64,000 bases of DNA, taken from Obrimoposthia wandeli. Taxonomy: Eukaryota. The position numbers and the translations under genes are program-made. This document shows, piece after piece, positions 28,950 to 38,157 of this stretch. The DNA lies in assembly GCA_977020255.1 (NCBI GenBank), contig CDROCS010005920.1, positions 1-64,000 on the forward strand, in the 5' to 3' direction. The stretch's first letter is position 1, and the number at the start of each line of letters is the position of its first letter. The notes below the pieces were generated by a model. The model ran no database searches, had not been told where the DNA came from, and saw nothing but the letters and a program-made list of their open reading frames with translations.

Positions 28950-31382
28950 ATGCAAAAAATATTATTAACATTGTTAATTACCTTGAGTTTGGTGTTATAT
29001 GGCTATGCTAATGACAGTGAAATGACAAAAAGTCCATCCGGTGAATCAGCTATTCAAAATAGTTTACAAGCCGAAACAAAAATCAAATTTGATTTAATTT
29101 CTGATCCATCAAACCCAATAGTTGTTACTCCAACATTCCTAGCCATGGATTCGGCTGATGGTACGCTAAGTACAGATGGGAACCTTAGTACTAGTCGTTA
29201 TTCAACTAATACAACTGACCCAGCGATAGCATTAGGAAAAACGGATGGGTGGAGTACCAGTCAACCTTTCGTAATTGAGTTTACAGGTAATGCTCTTGAT
29301 GAAAAAACAGTTGGAAATTGCTTTTTCTTAATTGAGTCACGAAATCCTACGAAAGAAAATTCTACCCAAGAAGCAATAAAGCTCTCCGCTGCTGATGGTG
29401 ATTTTATAGTATCAGCCTCAGGCAATAAACTGACTGTATTATTGATAAAGCCCCTTAAAGCTTCGACAAATTATATGTTTGCTATTACTGATGACTTAAA
29501 AGATGACCAAGGTAACAGTGTAGGCATGTCTAACTCTTATGCTTTACTCAAATCAACAAAAAAAACGCAATTAGATGCATTAGTACCTGTACAAGAAATT
29601 ATTCAGGCGACTGAAAAAGAGTTCAATACAATAGGTGTAGCAAGTAGTAATATTATTTTTACCAGTTGGTTTACTACACATTCTGTTGGCAACACACTTT
29701 ATGCGACCAAAATAGCAATCGCCCAAGGATTAGCTATTAATAATCTTTCTGCAATTTGGAAAGACAACGCAAACCCGAATGACGTAGACCTATCAAAAGC
29801 TTATAAGATCAACACCACAGGCTTAACTACAGAAGATTATGCAACAGCACTCGAGAATGACGTAAATTTTACTAAATATTTAGATGAGAAAACAGGTATA
29901 AAAAAATCAAAATTATTAACTATTTATTCAGAAAACCCAGATACAATTAATGTCACATCGGGGTCAGTTAATTTACCTTACTTTCTTGAGACAGGAACAG
30001 GTTGGGCAAGTACTTCTTTCAAATCTGCCGTACCAAGCTTGGTTAAACTATCCAGTATCCTTACTATCCCAGATAGTGCAGATGCACAAATTATAAGTTC
30101 ACAATTAATTAAAAAAGGCATTAATCCTGCGTTATTGGCAACAGACCAAGCTGAGAAATTGAAGTTGATTGGGCTCACACTCAATAAAGCTGACGGTACA
30201 ATGCTTGATGAAGAAAGACTTATGACTAAATATAGTCCAGTACCACAGATAAAATCTATGGAAACAGTGCCTTTCCTATTATTTACTCCAGCAATATCAG
30301 CCGCCCCATTACAAGTTGTTATTTATCAACATGGTATTACTTCAGTTAAAGAAAATAGTTATTTTTTTGCTAAAAATCTAGCAGCAAATGGTATTGCTGT
30401 TATTGCAATCGATAATCCACTTCATGGTTCACGTAGTCTTGATGATCAACGTTCAGCTAATGCTAATATCCAAGCTTATTTAAATCTTGGTAATTTAACT
30501 GTAGCCCGCGATAATATTCGTCAAAGTATTCTAGATATTATAGGGCTAAGAGTCGCATTAACTGTGTCTCAGAAAGCGGGAATATTTGTAGCTAATTCAG
30601 AGTTAAGTAAATTAGCACCCAATAGGCTATCTACTAGATCTAATACCTCATTTTTAGGCCACTCTCTAGGCGGTATTGTTGGTGCTCCAGCAGTTGTTGC
30701 TGCTAATCGAAATCTAGGTAGTGATGACGAAGATGTACTATTTAACTTTAAAAGTAGCGCTTTTGCTAATTCTGGTGGTGATATTGGCAATCTACTCTTT
30801 GGCTCTGAATCTTTTGGATCACTTATTAAGCACAACTTAATGCTAAATCGCATGGCTGAATATCAAGATTATGTAAAAACTGCTTGTACCAATATTTCAA
30901 CTGAAGGTTGGGAAAATAAGTGTTTTGATAATTTCTACAAAGTTGCTTCTATAACAACTAAAGCTGAAATGGATAGTACATTCGCTTCATTTATCTATGT
31001 TGCTCAATCGATTGTGGGTACCGTCGATCCAATTAATGTTTCTCAATTAAAAGATACCAGCGGTAAAGAGATCCTTGCAGATACACCAATGTATATGATG
31101 CAAGTTACAAACGATGATACGGTCCCTAATAAACTAGAAGCAGCGCCGTTAGCAGGTACAGAACCAATGGCAAAATTATTTGGTCTAACTTCGTTAGCTG
31201 AAACAACAACGGGGAACAAACATTTTGGCAAGTTCAATAAAGATGGAAATGGTACGCACAATACAATAGTGGCACCAGGAGCTGAAGACCTACTTACACA
31301 TAAAGAGATCCTATTGCAGCTAATTCAGTTCTATACACTAGATGGAACTATCGTTAATATAGATACTGCTTTTCTTGAGTAA
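28950..31382 (+). CDS. VolA/Pla-1-family lipase/lysophospholipase; lipobox Cys absent
   Basis: LGKTDGWSTSQP, QHGITS.KE, ID.PLHGSR, GHSLG nucleophile, D.TVPN, H near the C-terminus. Confidence 0.9.
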   Translation: MQKILLTLLITLSLVLYGYANDSEMTKSPSGESAIQNSLQAETKIKFDLISDPSNPIVVTPTFLAMDSADGTLSTDGNLSTSRYSTNTTDPAIALGKTDGWSTSQPFVIEFTGNALDEKTVGNCFFLIESRNPTKENSTQEAIKLSAADGDFIVSASGNKLTVLLIKPLKASTNYMFAITDDLKDDQGNSVGMSNSYALLKSTKKTQLDALVPVQEIIQATEKEFNTIGVASSNIIFTSWFTTHSVGNTLYATKIAIAQGLAINNLSAIWKDNANPNDVDLSKAYKINTTGLTTEDYATALENDVNFTKYLDEKTGIKKSKLLTIYSENPDTINVTSGSVNLPYFLETGTGWASTSFKSAVPSLVKLSSILTIPDSADAQIISSQLIKKGINPALLATDQAEKLKLIGLTLNKADGTMLDEERLMTKYSPVPQIKSMETVPFLLFTPAISAAPLQVVIYQHGITSVKENSYFFAKNLAANGIAVIAIDNPLHGSRSLDDQRSANANIQAYLNLGNLTVARDNIRQSILDIIGLRVALTVSQKAGIFVANSELSKLAPNRLSTRSNTSFLGHSLGGIVGAPAVVAANRNLGSDDEDVLFNFKSSAFANSGGDIGNLLFGSESFGSLIKHNLMLNRMAEYQDYVKTACTNISTEGWENKCFDNFYKVASITTKAEMDSTFASFIYVAQSIVGTVDPINVSQLKDTSGKEILADTPMYMMQVTNDDTVPNKLEAAPLAGTEPMAKLFGLTSLAETTTGNKHFGKFNKDGNGTHNTIVAPGAEDLLTHKEILLQLIQFYTLDGTIVNIDTAFLE

Positions 31383-31469
31383 GCTTTGTTGACATATTCT
31401 ATATACGCTTATTTTCGTGAAATGGTCAACTTACTTATACAGGTTGACCATTTTTAGGTAGGTATTAAT

Positions 31470-31580
31470 GGGGATTGTTGCAAAAATGTAAATATCGGCT
31501 CAAAACTCCTTATTTCCCATCTAATCTAGCGATCCAATGATTAACCACTAATTTAAATGGAAACATTGAGCCCTATCCAA
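31470..31580 (+). mobile_element. Decayed IS6 type-C left end
   Basis: GGGATTGTTGCAAAAATG...TTTCCCATC...AAATGGAAACA matches the reverse complement of 13300-13389. Confidence 0.7.
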
Positions 31581-31926
31581 AAACATAACATCCTATCTCA
31601 CTAGTTGGTGGCTACAATATTACTAACGGTATTTCTAGCTCGAATACGTATAACTGCGGTATTGATGTCAGTGGTTATAATATGACAGCTACACTACAAT
31701 GGGAGGCCACTAAACCTTTACTTGTGGTTCTTGGTGATCGTTTAATTATGTGTTGAGTGACTCAACAGGTCCATTTGAACTGGATCTCACCCAATGTATT
31801 GAAGATGCACTACCTCATATTCTTGAACACCTTGAAGTAGCTAATAGCTACTCATTTAATTAAATTTGGTTATTGAAGGTCGGTTTATGAAAAACCAGTA
31901 TTTAACATACAATCTCATTAATAAAT

Positions 31927-32625
31927 ATGGGGATAATGATTATCTTCCATATTTTTAATCAACTTCCTGGTTTCTGGGGTACTAAAGATAAAGATTCTGT
32001 CTTTGTTTTTGCTAATTCAGAATATGGTAAAATAATTGGTGTTGATCATCATTTAGATTGTGTTGGGCGCACAGATTTTGATATGCCAAGCCCAACCATT
32101 GAATGGGCCCCATCATTTCAAGAACAAGATTTACAAGTAATAGATTCCGGAAAGTGTATGCGGGTTCTTGATATCCACCCTTATTCAGATGGGCATTGGC
32201 GTGCACATTTATTCACAAAGATACCGTGGAAAAATGAGGAAAACAAAATAGTTGGGACTATTTTTTCTGGTACCGAGCTAACAGATACCGTTACTCTAGA
32301 AGTTGGCCATTTGATTTGCCAAGCTGCCGGTTTTAGTAAAAAGACTCAGGTTTCATTTAGTTTAGATTTACATAATCAAAAAGTAGCCATTAATACTCGG
32401 GAATCTGAAGTGCTTTTTTTATTACTCTATGGAAAAAAAACTCAGTATATTGCAAGAGGGTTGAATATTTCAGTGAAAACAGTAGAGAACCATGTACTTC
32501 ATTTACGTGAGAAATTCAATGCTTACTCAAAAGCTGAATTAATCGATCTAGCATTAGATTTAGGTTTTGGATCGTATATACCAGAAAGCCTGTTAACAAA
32601 ACAATTATCTGTAATACTAAAATAA
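31927..32625 (+). CDS. vqmA: VqmA-like PAS + LuxR-HTH regulator (true start may be 31888 with a frameshift near 31945)
   Basis: QLPG.WG.KD..SVFV.AN, GRTDF.MPSPT, VLDIHPY.DG.W.AH.FTK.PW, RESEVLFLLLYGKK, IDLALD.GFGS.IP..LL.KQLSV all match V. cholerae VqmA as I recall it. Confidence 0.85.
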   Translation: MGIMIIFHIFNQLPGFWGTKDKDSVFVFANSEYGKIIGVDHHLDCVGRTDFDMPSPTIEWAPSFQEQDLQVIDSGKCMRVLDIHPYSDGHWRAHLFTKIPWKNEENKIVGTIFSGTELTDTVTLEVGHLICQAAGFSKKTQVSFSLDLHNQKVAINTRESEVLFLLLYGKKTQYIARGLNISVKTVENHVLHLREKFNAYSKAELIDLALDLGFGSYIPESLLTKQLSVILK

Positions 32626-32643
32626 TAAAGAGGCTAATATTTT

Positions 32644-33067
32644 ATCGGGATAGGGCGAGGCCTCGCAGCCTCGCTTCCCCCCACACCACCCAGCATACGG
32701 ATCCGTACTGGACGGTTCAAACAGTTAAGTGAGTGATAATGTCTGTAGCCCTATTGCAGCAAACCAAGAATTGGACAATGTTCGACTTAACGTCGGCGTA
32801 CAACTCATTCGCCAGTATTTCTTAGAGGATGCTTTGTATAGAGCCGCGGCTCTATACAAAGCACCTCTCGAAACCAGTTATTTTAATCGGCGCTTTGCCG
32901 TTTTCTGTTGAAATCACATCAAGTCACGAAGCCGTCTTCTTATCCATTTATCAAAACCTCTAAAGTAGATTGGTTTAACTAAAATACTGTCGCCACCCTC
33001 TCAGAGACGTGTTAATCTTTACATCAACGAGCAATCGTGTTTCTTTGTTAATTGTTTAACTTCCAAT
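32644..33067 (-). mobile_element. Class C-type group II intron 3' remnant (maturase tail, DV, DVI)
   Basis: DV GAACCGTCCAGTACGGATCCGTATGCTGGGTGGTG, end CCTATCCCGAT; decayed LRGW.QYF..DKWIRRRLR..KKYWRMS.TP.L...L.NSWF..IGL. Confidence 0.85.
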
Positions 33068-33756
33068 AACATAGGCTGCCTACGGAAGCAACCAACGATC
33101 TGTTAGTTTACTGTTCATCTATAGGCATAGACAGGTATCTTCCTGTCTATGCCTATAGATGAACCACTCAAAGCCCTTTTCAATCGACAGCAGGAATGGC
33201 TGACGTTCCTCAACAAACACATCGGTCACGTTCGTGAAGCGGTCATTAAGAATGTCACGAAGATGCTTGCCTGTGGCACTGCAACATTTGGCTCCCGAAA
33301 ATATACGTGCTCCAACACTCGCTGCTCCCACATCAAATTGATCAACCAAACCTGTAAGTCCAGAGCCTGCAATAGTTGTGGCACCAAAGCCACAGGGCGC
33401 TGGGTGCAAACTCCGCAATATGTCCTTCCTGATTGTGAATGGCAACACATCACCTTCACGATGCCCGGTTATGCCGCGATGCTGAAAGGGTATGTGAATG
33501 TTGACCCGTTTGAATGTGTGCTGTGCCAAAATCGGTTAGTTTTCAATGGGTATAGAGTCGGAACGCCGCTCTCCGAGTTGACGGCTTCGACGTTAGTGCA
33601 GGTGAGTATGCTGCCGGCCTGATGGCCGGTACGGAATAGGTGTATTCAAACGACGATAAAAAGGCAATATCTGTTTAATAATGCGCCGTTGAATGGCGAC
33701 GAAAAAAGTGCGGGCAATAACAGAGGTGAAAAAAGTCAGTTTGTGCCATGCTATGT
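33068..33756 (+). mobile_element. IS91-family element with an in-frame internal deletion of the catalytic domain (ORF 33149-33622); oriIS tip missing
   Basis: terIS AACATAGGCTGCC; zinc domain QTCKSRACNSCG..HITFTMP fused to GYAAMLKG..DPFEC. Confidence 0.85.
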
Positions 33757-33977
33757 TAGCGATATATTCAACGAATATATCTCATGATAATCGCTTTTTT
33801 AAAACAGCGTTACCATTATAATCAACATCATGAAGTTGAAAAACATTCTTGGCAATATCAATACCCAGTAAATTAATCATCATCATTCCATCTCCCACTT
33901 ATCAATTAATTGCTTATTATTGTCACCATAATCATAGCCTGACGGGGCGTTATGGAGTGGGATGGTTCATTACATTA
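33750..33977 (-). mobile_element. IS1111-type left end and tnp 5' fragment
   Basis: TAATGTAATGAACC end; INLLGIDIAKNVFQLH; inverted homolog of 37183-37400. Confidence 0.85.
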
Positions 33978-33984
33978 GAGCCAA

Positions 33985-34713
33985 CTAAATGCCAACTTTT
34001 AATAAAGAGCTAATTTCTATAGGCTTACTATAAAGAAACCCTTGATGTAATCCTCTGTATCTCAGTAATTCATAATGTTGATATTCTGTTTCTACACCTT
34101 CAAATATAAAACGACTGATACCAAATTCAGATAGAGAAGTAATAAAGTTTGACATCTTGGAAGGACTATCTAGGTAATTATAGAGAACGCTTTTATCAAA
34201 TTTAACAATATCCCAATCTGCAAAACTTAACGTATTTCTTGGAATTTCGTCTGATAAAAAATCATCAAGCCATATTTTATGCCCTGATTTTTTTATGTCA
34301 CGAATTGTCTTGATTAATCGACATCGTTCATATTTTTCTGTTGGTATTGTAGTTAGTTCAAATGCAATTTTTTTCGTTAGACTTTTAATTGTATCATTAA
34401 TAAAAACATTGTCCGCCATCACTTCTGACGAGCAATTAATAGAAAATAATACTAATTTTTCATTGGAAATTCTATTTATTTCATTTACTTGATGTCGTAT
34501 TATCTCTTTTATTACATCGTTAGATATGTTTTTAAAAAACAACTCATTATCTATATGACCATTTTTAAATTTAGTAAGGAACTCAAATGCAAAAATTTTA
34601 TTTGTTCTAGGGTTAACTATTGGTTGAAGCATGAATTTGAAATATGATATTATATTTTTTTTGTCATCAATCATTTTGTAATGGTTGTTTTTTGTTAATG
34701 TTGTGTAGTGCAT
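33985..34713 (-). CDS. Stand-alone EAL-domain protein
   Basis: QPIV, EFL, SIN, FEL, WLDDF, VKFDKS, EGVET, QGFLYSKP. Confidence 0.9.
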   Translation of the reverse strand: MHYTTLTKNNHYKMIDDKKNIISYFKFMLQPIVNPRTNKIFAFEFLTKFKNGHIDNELFFKNISNDVIKEIIRHQVNEINRISNEKLVLFSINCSSEVMADNVFINDTIKSLTKKIAFELTTIPTEKYERCRLIKTIRDIKKSGHKIWLDDFLSDEIPRNTLSFADWDIVKFDKSVLYNYLDSPSKMSNFITSLSEFGISRFIFEGVETEYQHYELLRYRGLHQGFLYSKPIEISSLLKVGI

Positions 34714-34723
34714 AACTCACTTC

Positions 34724-35137
34724 TTATTCGTTCCAGACATCTATTGTCATAGATTCTAATTTATATTTAAGTAGCTGTGATTTTAAGTTTTTTATTTCCA
34801 ACTCATAAAGACGATTACAATCAATACGTTTTCTCTTATTTCCAATTGGTATAACAATTTGAGCATAAATCCCTATTTTATCTTTTCCTTTAATATTTCG
34901 ATTATAGTTGCGATTAGTCGATAATATTTGATCATGATCATTATCAATTTTCATTCCCATCAAGCCTGTCTGTATGTACATATCAGATGCAATAGTCGAT
35001 TCGCATGTTGTGCCATCACTTGTTGAAATACGATCATACCCAGAGGGGATTGTTGCACTTGGTATATCTAATGATTCCGCAAAACTAATACTATGATAAA
35101 AAAACATAAAGATTAACACGTAAAAAAAACATCTCAC
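34724..35137 (-). CDS. Secreted two-Cys protein with a C-terminal coiled coil
   Basis: Signal peptide; DRISTSDGTTCES, GIYAQIVIPIG, RIDCNRLYELEI. Confidence 0.8.
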   Translation of the reverse strand: MRCFFYVLIFMFFYHSISFAESLDIPSATIPSGYDRISTSDGTTCESTIASDMYIQTGLMGMKIDNDHDQILSTNRNYNRNIKGKDKIGIYAQIVIPIGNKRKRIDCNRLYELEIKNLKSQLLKYKLESMTIDVWNE

Positions 35138-35138
35138 T

Positions 35139-35522
35139 TTACTTATCCTTAATTAATTTTTTTATCTTATCTTTGGGATAATATAATTTTATCTTTGTGC
35201 ATATTCGCGTTCTCAAGTTACTTCCATTCTTAGGGATAGATACTGAACATAGCTTATACTCATTAAGCTTTGATGCTGGTATCCCATTGATAATGATTGA
35301 GTATTTTCGATAATCGCCTACTCCTACTTTGATATTACTATCAATAATTTTACCATCGAGCTCTATATCAAAATATGTTGTTGTTTTATCTTGACTTCCA
35401 ATTTCAATTTTAATTTTTTGGCTACCAGTCAGACTTATTGCTTTAAAATTTATTGGTGATTGTGAGTGAGAAAAAACTATTGAACTAAAAAGCAAGCTAC
35501 ATAATGTAATTATTATCTTCAT
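35139..35522 (-). CDS. Secreted two-Cys beta-rich protein (chaperone-like?)
   Basis: Signal peptide, HSQSP, KLCSVS...RTRICTKI; ATGA overlap with the upstream gene. Confidence 0.78.
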   Translation of the reverse strand: MKIIITLCSLLFSSIVFSHSQSPINFKAISLTGSQKIKIEIGSQDKTTTYFDIELDGKIIDSNIKVGVGDYRKYSIIINGIPASKLNEYKLCSVSIPKNGSNLRTRICTKIKLYYPKDKIKKLIKDK

Positions 35523-36415
35523 GGATTACATGTTACTGTTGTTTTAATCTGGTATTTACCTGATTTTAATTGATTTTTTTGTAATGATACAAATGGGCTC
35601 ATTGTAATTACTCCAGAGCTATTGATTGAATAACTACTATTGACAAGTACACGATGATTACTACTTAAATCTTCATGATGTGCTCTAATAGAACTCCTAC
35701 CTAATGGTGATATTTTTTTATTCATAACGTAATAATATTCAAGATTATTTTCGAATTCTTTTTTTATTGATCTTGAAAACCTATTCCCTTTATGATCTTT
35801 ACCTGATACTTTACTATCGAATGATAAACTTTTAGCAGAGTCAGTATCGTAAATAAATGTTGCATTATTTGTATTAGTGTAATCGTTGAATGATATCCCA
35901 CCTCTAGCATCAATAACAGATAATCGACAATAATTTGATTGAGTAACTTCGATAAAATTAATAGATAATTCATCAGTACCATTTACTTTTAATCTAAGAC
36001 TTTCTGCATGTTGACTTTTCATAATAAAAAAAATAGTTTTAGTTTTATCATCGTCACCATTTAGGAAAAAATCAACTTCAAAAGTTTCACCAGCATATAC
36101 CCTCCGAATAGGTTCCTCCCCTTCGGGTTGATATAAAAATATTGAAGAATCTCCTGCTGAAAGGACATTGATTTTAAATGTTTTAGATTTTATTTTTTTA
36201 TATGAAATAGTTAAAAAAGCACCTTTCATTAAGAATGTATTTTCATTAAATGTAAATTGTTTAGGAATTATATGATTATTTGTACTGTATTTTATAGTGT
36301 AATTTGAATTGTATATTTCTTTTTGCTCAGAAGACGATGTTATCGTATGACTTTGAGCTAAAAAGGAACATGACAAACTATATACACTGAAGCTCAGCCG
36401 TAACAATGTATTCAT
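35519..36415 (-). CDS. Secreted two-domain adhesin/pilin-like protein (298 aa)
   Basis: Signal-like N-terminus; C-terminal domain bounded by SNYCRL and SGKYQIKTTVTCNP. Confidence 0.72.
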   Translation of the reverse strand: MNTLLRLSFSVYSLSCSFLAQSHTITSSSEQKEIYNSNYTIKYSTNNHIIPKQFTFNENTFLMKGAFLTISYKKIKSKTFKINVLSAGDSSIFLYQPEGEEPIRRVYAGETFEVDFFLNGDDDKTKTIFFIMKSQHAESLRLKVNGTDELSINFIEVTQSNYCRLSVIDARGGISFNDYTNTNNATFIYDTDSAKSLSFDSKVSGKDHKGNRFSRSIKKEFENNLEYYYVMNKKISPLGRSSIRAHHEDLSSNHRVLVNSSYSINSSGVITMSPFVSLQKNQLKSGKYQIKTTVTCNP

Positions 36416-36902
36416 ATTTACCTTTTGATAAATCTATTCTATCAACTTGTGGAGCACTAAGAATAACTTTTATCTTATCTGAAGTATTAATAGAATTAAC
36501 ATATCCACTTTGTTTTGATGAACTAAGATCAGAAACTGTTGTATCTATAGCTATATCATAACTTGAATTAGCTGTTTGTGTTGATATTTTAAGTGCCATT
36601 TTTTTATCACCAAATGAGCCTTGGTCAACGCCATGCCTCGGACTTAATGAGGAATTACTTTCTAACTCAAAACTAATATCAGCATCATTCGTGGCACTAT
36701 TCGTATTAAAGGCAAGAATATGATATTTATCAGCATCTGAATCGCCTTTAAATGAAATACCTTTATTTATACCAATGGTCTCAGCGGTCATCTCGCAAAT
36801 TTCATCAACAGTTTCACTAAATCGCATACTAACAGCTTTGCTTTGAAGTGGTAAGAAACACATACTCATGATAACACTAATTTTCATCCAATTTAAAAAC
36901 AT
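36378..36902 (-). CDS. Secreted pilin-like subunit (174 aa)
   Basis: Signal peptide ...SKA; VSMRFSETVDEIC...GKYEYIVTAELQCI, a fimbrial-subunit-like pattern. Confidence 0.72.
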   Translation of the reverse strand: MFLNWMKISVIMSMCFLPLQSKAVSMRFSETVDEICEMTAETIGINKGISFKGDSDADKYHILAFNTNSATNDADISFELESNSSLSPRHGVDQGSFGDKKMALKISTQTANSSYDIAIDTTVSDLSSSKQSGYVNSINTSDKIKVILSAPQVDRIDLSKGKYEYIVTAELQCI

Positions 36903-37182
36903 ACTTTTATTACCTTACATCTAATCCCACAATGAACCATACCAAAAAATACCTTCCCAAAAGGGACGGGTCGGATCTTACCTCTAAATATGATATGGAT
37001 CAACAAACAAAATGGAGTTTATATATTTTATTTATAATTACTCCGTTAACCATAAACAGTAATGATTGCTTTTGAGTTGAATGAAAATCATAAAGGAAGT
37101 CATCAGTTTGTGAAAAACTGCTGTTTTTAAAATGAGAATTAATCGTTGAATTGTCGAAATCAAGACTTCTTAATACGGGGCT

Positions 37183-37838
37183 TAATGTAATGAACCATAG
37201 CGTCACGTCAGGCTATGATTATGGTGACAATTAATAAGCAATTAATTGATAAGTGGGAGATAGAGTGATGATCATTAACTTACTGGGTATTGATATTGCT
37301 AAGAATATGTTTCAACAGCATGGTGTTGACTGTAAGGGTAAAGCGGTTTTAAAAAAGCGATTATCAAGAAATAAACTGGCCGAATATATCGCTAATATAC
37401 CACCGTGCACGATCGTCATGGAGTCTTGTGGAGGAGCCAACTATTGGCCCGCGTCTTCCAACGGTCAGGACATACAGTGAAACTCATTAGTACTCAGTTC
37501 GTAAAACCGTTTGTTAAACAAACAAAAATGATGCGAATGATGCTGAGGCCATAACAGAGGCAGCCAGTAGGTTATCAATGCATTTCGTACCAATCAAGCA
37601 GATTGAACAACAAGATATACAGTCTCTACATCGAATTAGAAGCCAATTAGTTAAAAATAGAACGGCATTGATTAACGAAATAAGAGGGCTCAATTTGGAA
37701 TACGGCATTACTATTCCAACAGGGGCATCAAAGGTAAAAACTGAATTATGTTCCATTATTTCCAATGAAAATAATGAGCTGACTGTGGCCTCTCGTGAAT
37801 TCATGAATGATCTCTACAATGAGCTCGTCGAAATTGAT
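37183..37838 (+). mobile_element. IS1111-type IS110 element, 5' half, frameshifted
   Basis: GIDIAKN.FQ, VMESCGGANYW, FVKPFVK..KNDANDAEAI, QQDIQSLHRIR. Confidence 0.88.
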
Positions 37839-37930
37839 AGTCATAATGCGAAAGCTAATGAGTGCAGGCGGAGATCATAACTTAGCACTCCAGTTTGCGA
37901 CACAACCAGGAATATTGAAATTCCTTACCA
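37830..37930. mobile_element. IS6 left-end stub (minus, to 37907) followed by half of an oriIS-like hairpin (37908-37930)
   Basis: Reverse complement GGTTGTGTCGCAAACTGG...ATGACTATCAATTTC; then AGGAATATTGAAATTCCTTACCA. Confidence 0.7.
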
Positions 37931-38157
37931 CTAAAGTTATTGGATGATTTTGATTTATCGTGGTTGTGTCGCCGTAATTAACGTAACACCCGTAATGAGT
38001 CTCGCGGATAAACAACCACCAAGGTTGAATACTGATTCACCTCTTGATTGAAGAAAGACCATTTGTGCAGCTTTATCTCGCAGATGACGGATTTATACAA
38101 TACCCCAAAGTCCCCCTCTTGTACTATAACTTCCAACATCAAACAGGAAGCTCTATT

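Noticed and set aside
31600-31760. Open stretch NITNGISS...WEATKPLLVVLGD, a possible gene relic
   Set aside because: No start and no recognisable family.
31720-31890. VqmR sRNA upstream of the vqmA-like gene
   Set aside because: Only a vague TGTGTT.AG..GAC resemblance, with no terminator or VqmA box visible; needs an Infernal search.
36903-37180. c-di-GMP riboswitch or VqmA box upstream of the secreted operon
   Set aside because: No GEMM consensus; TCCC-AAAA-GGGA has the opposite arrangement to the VqmA site.
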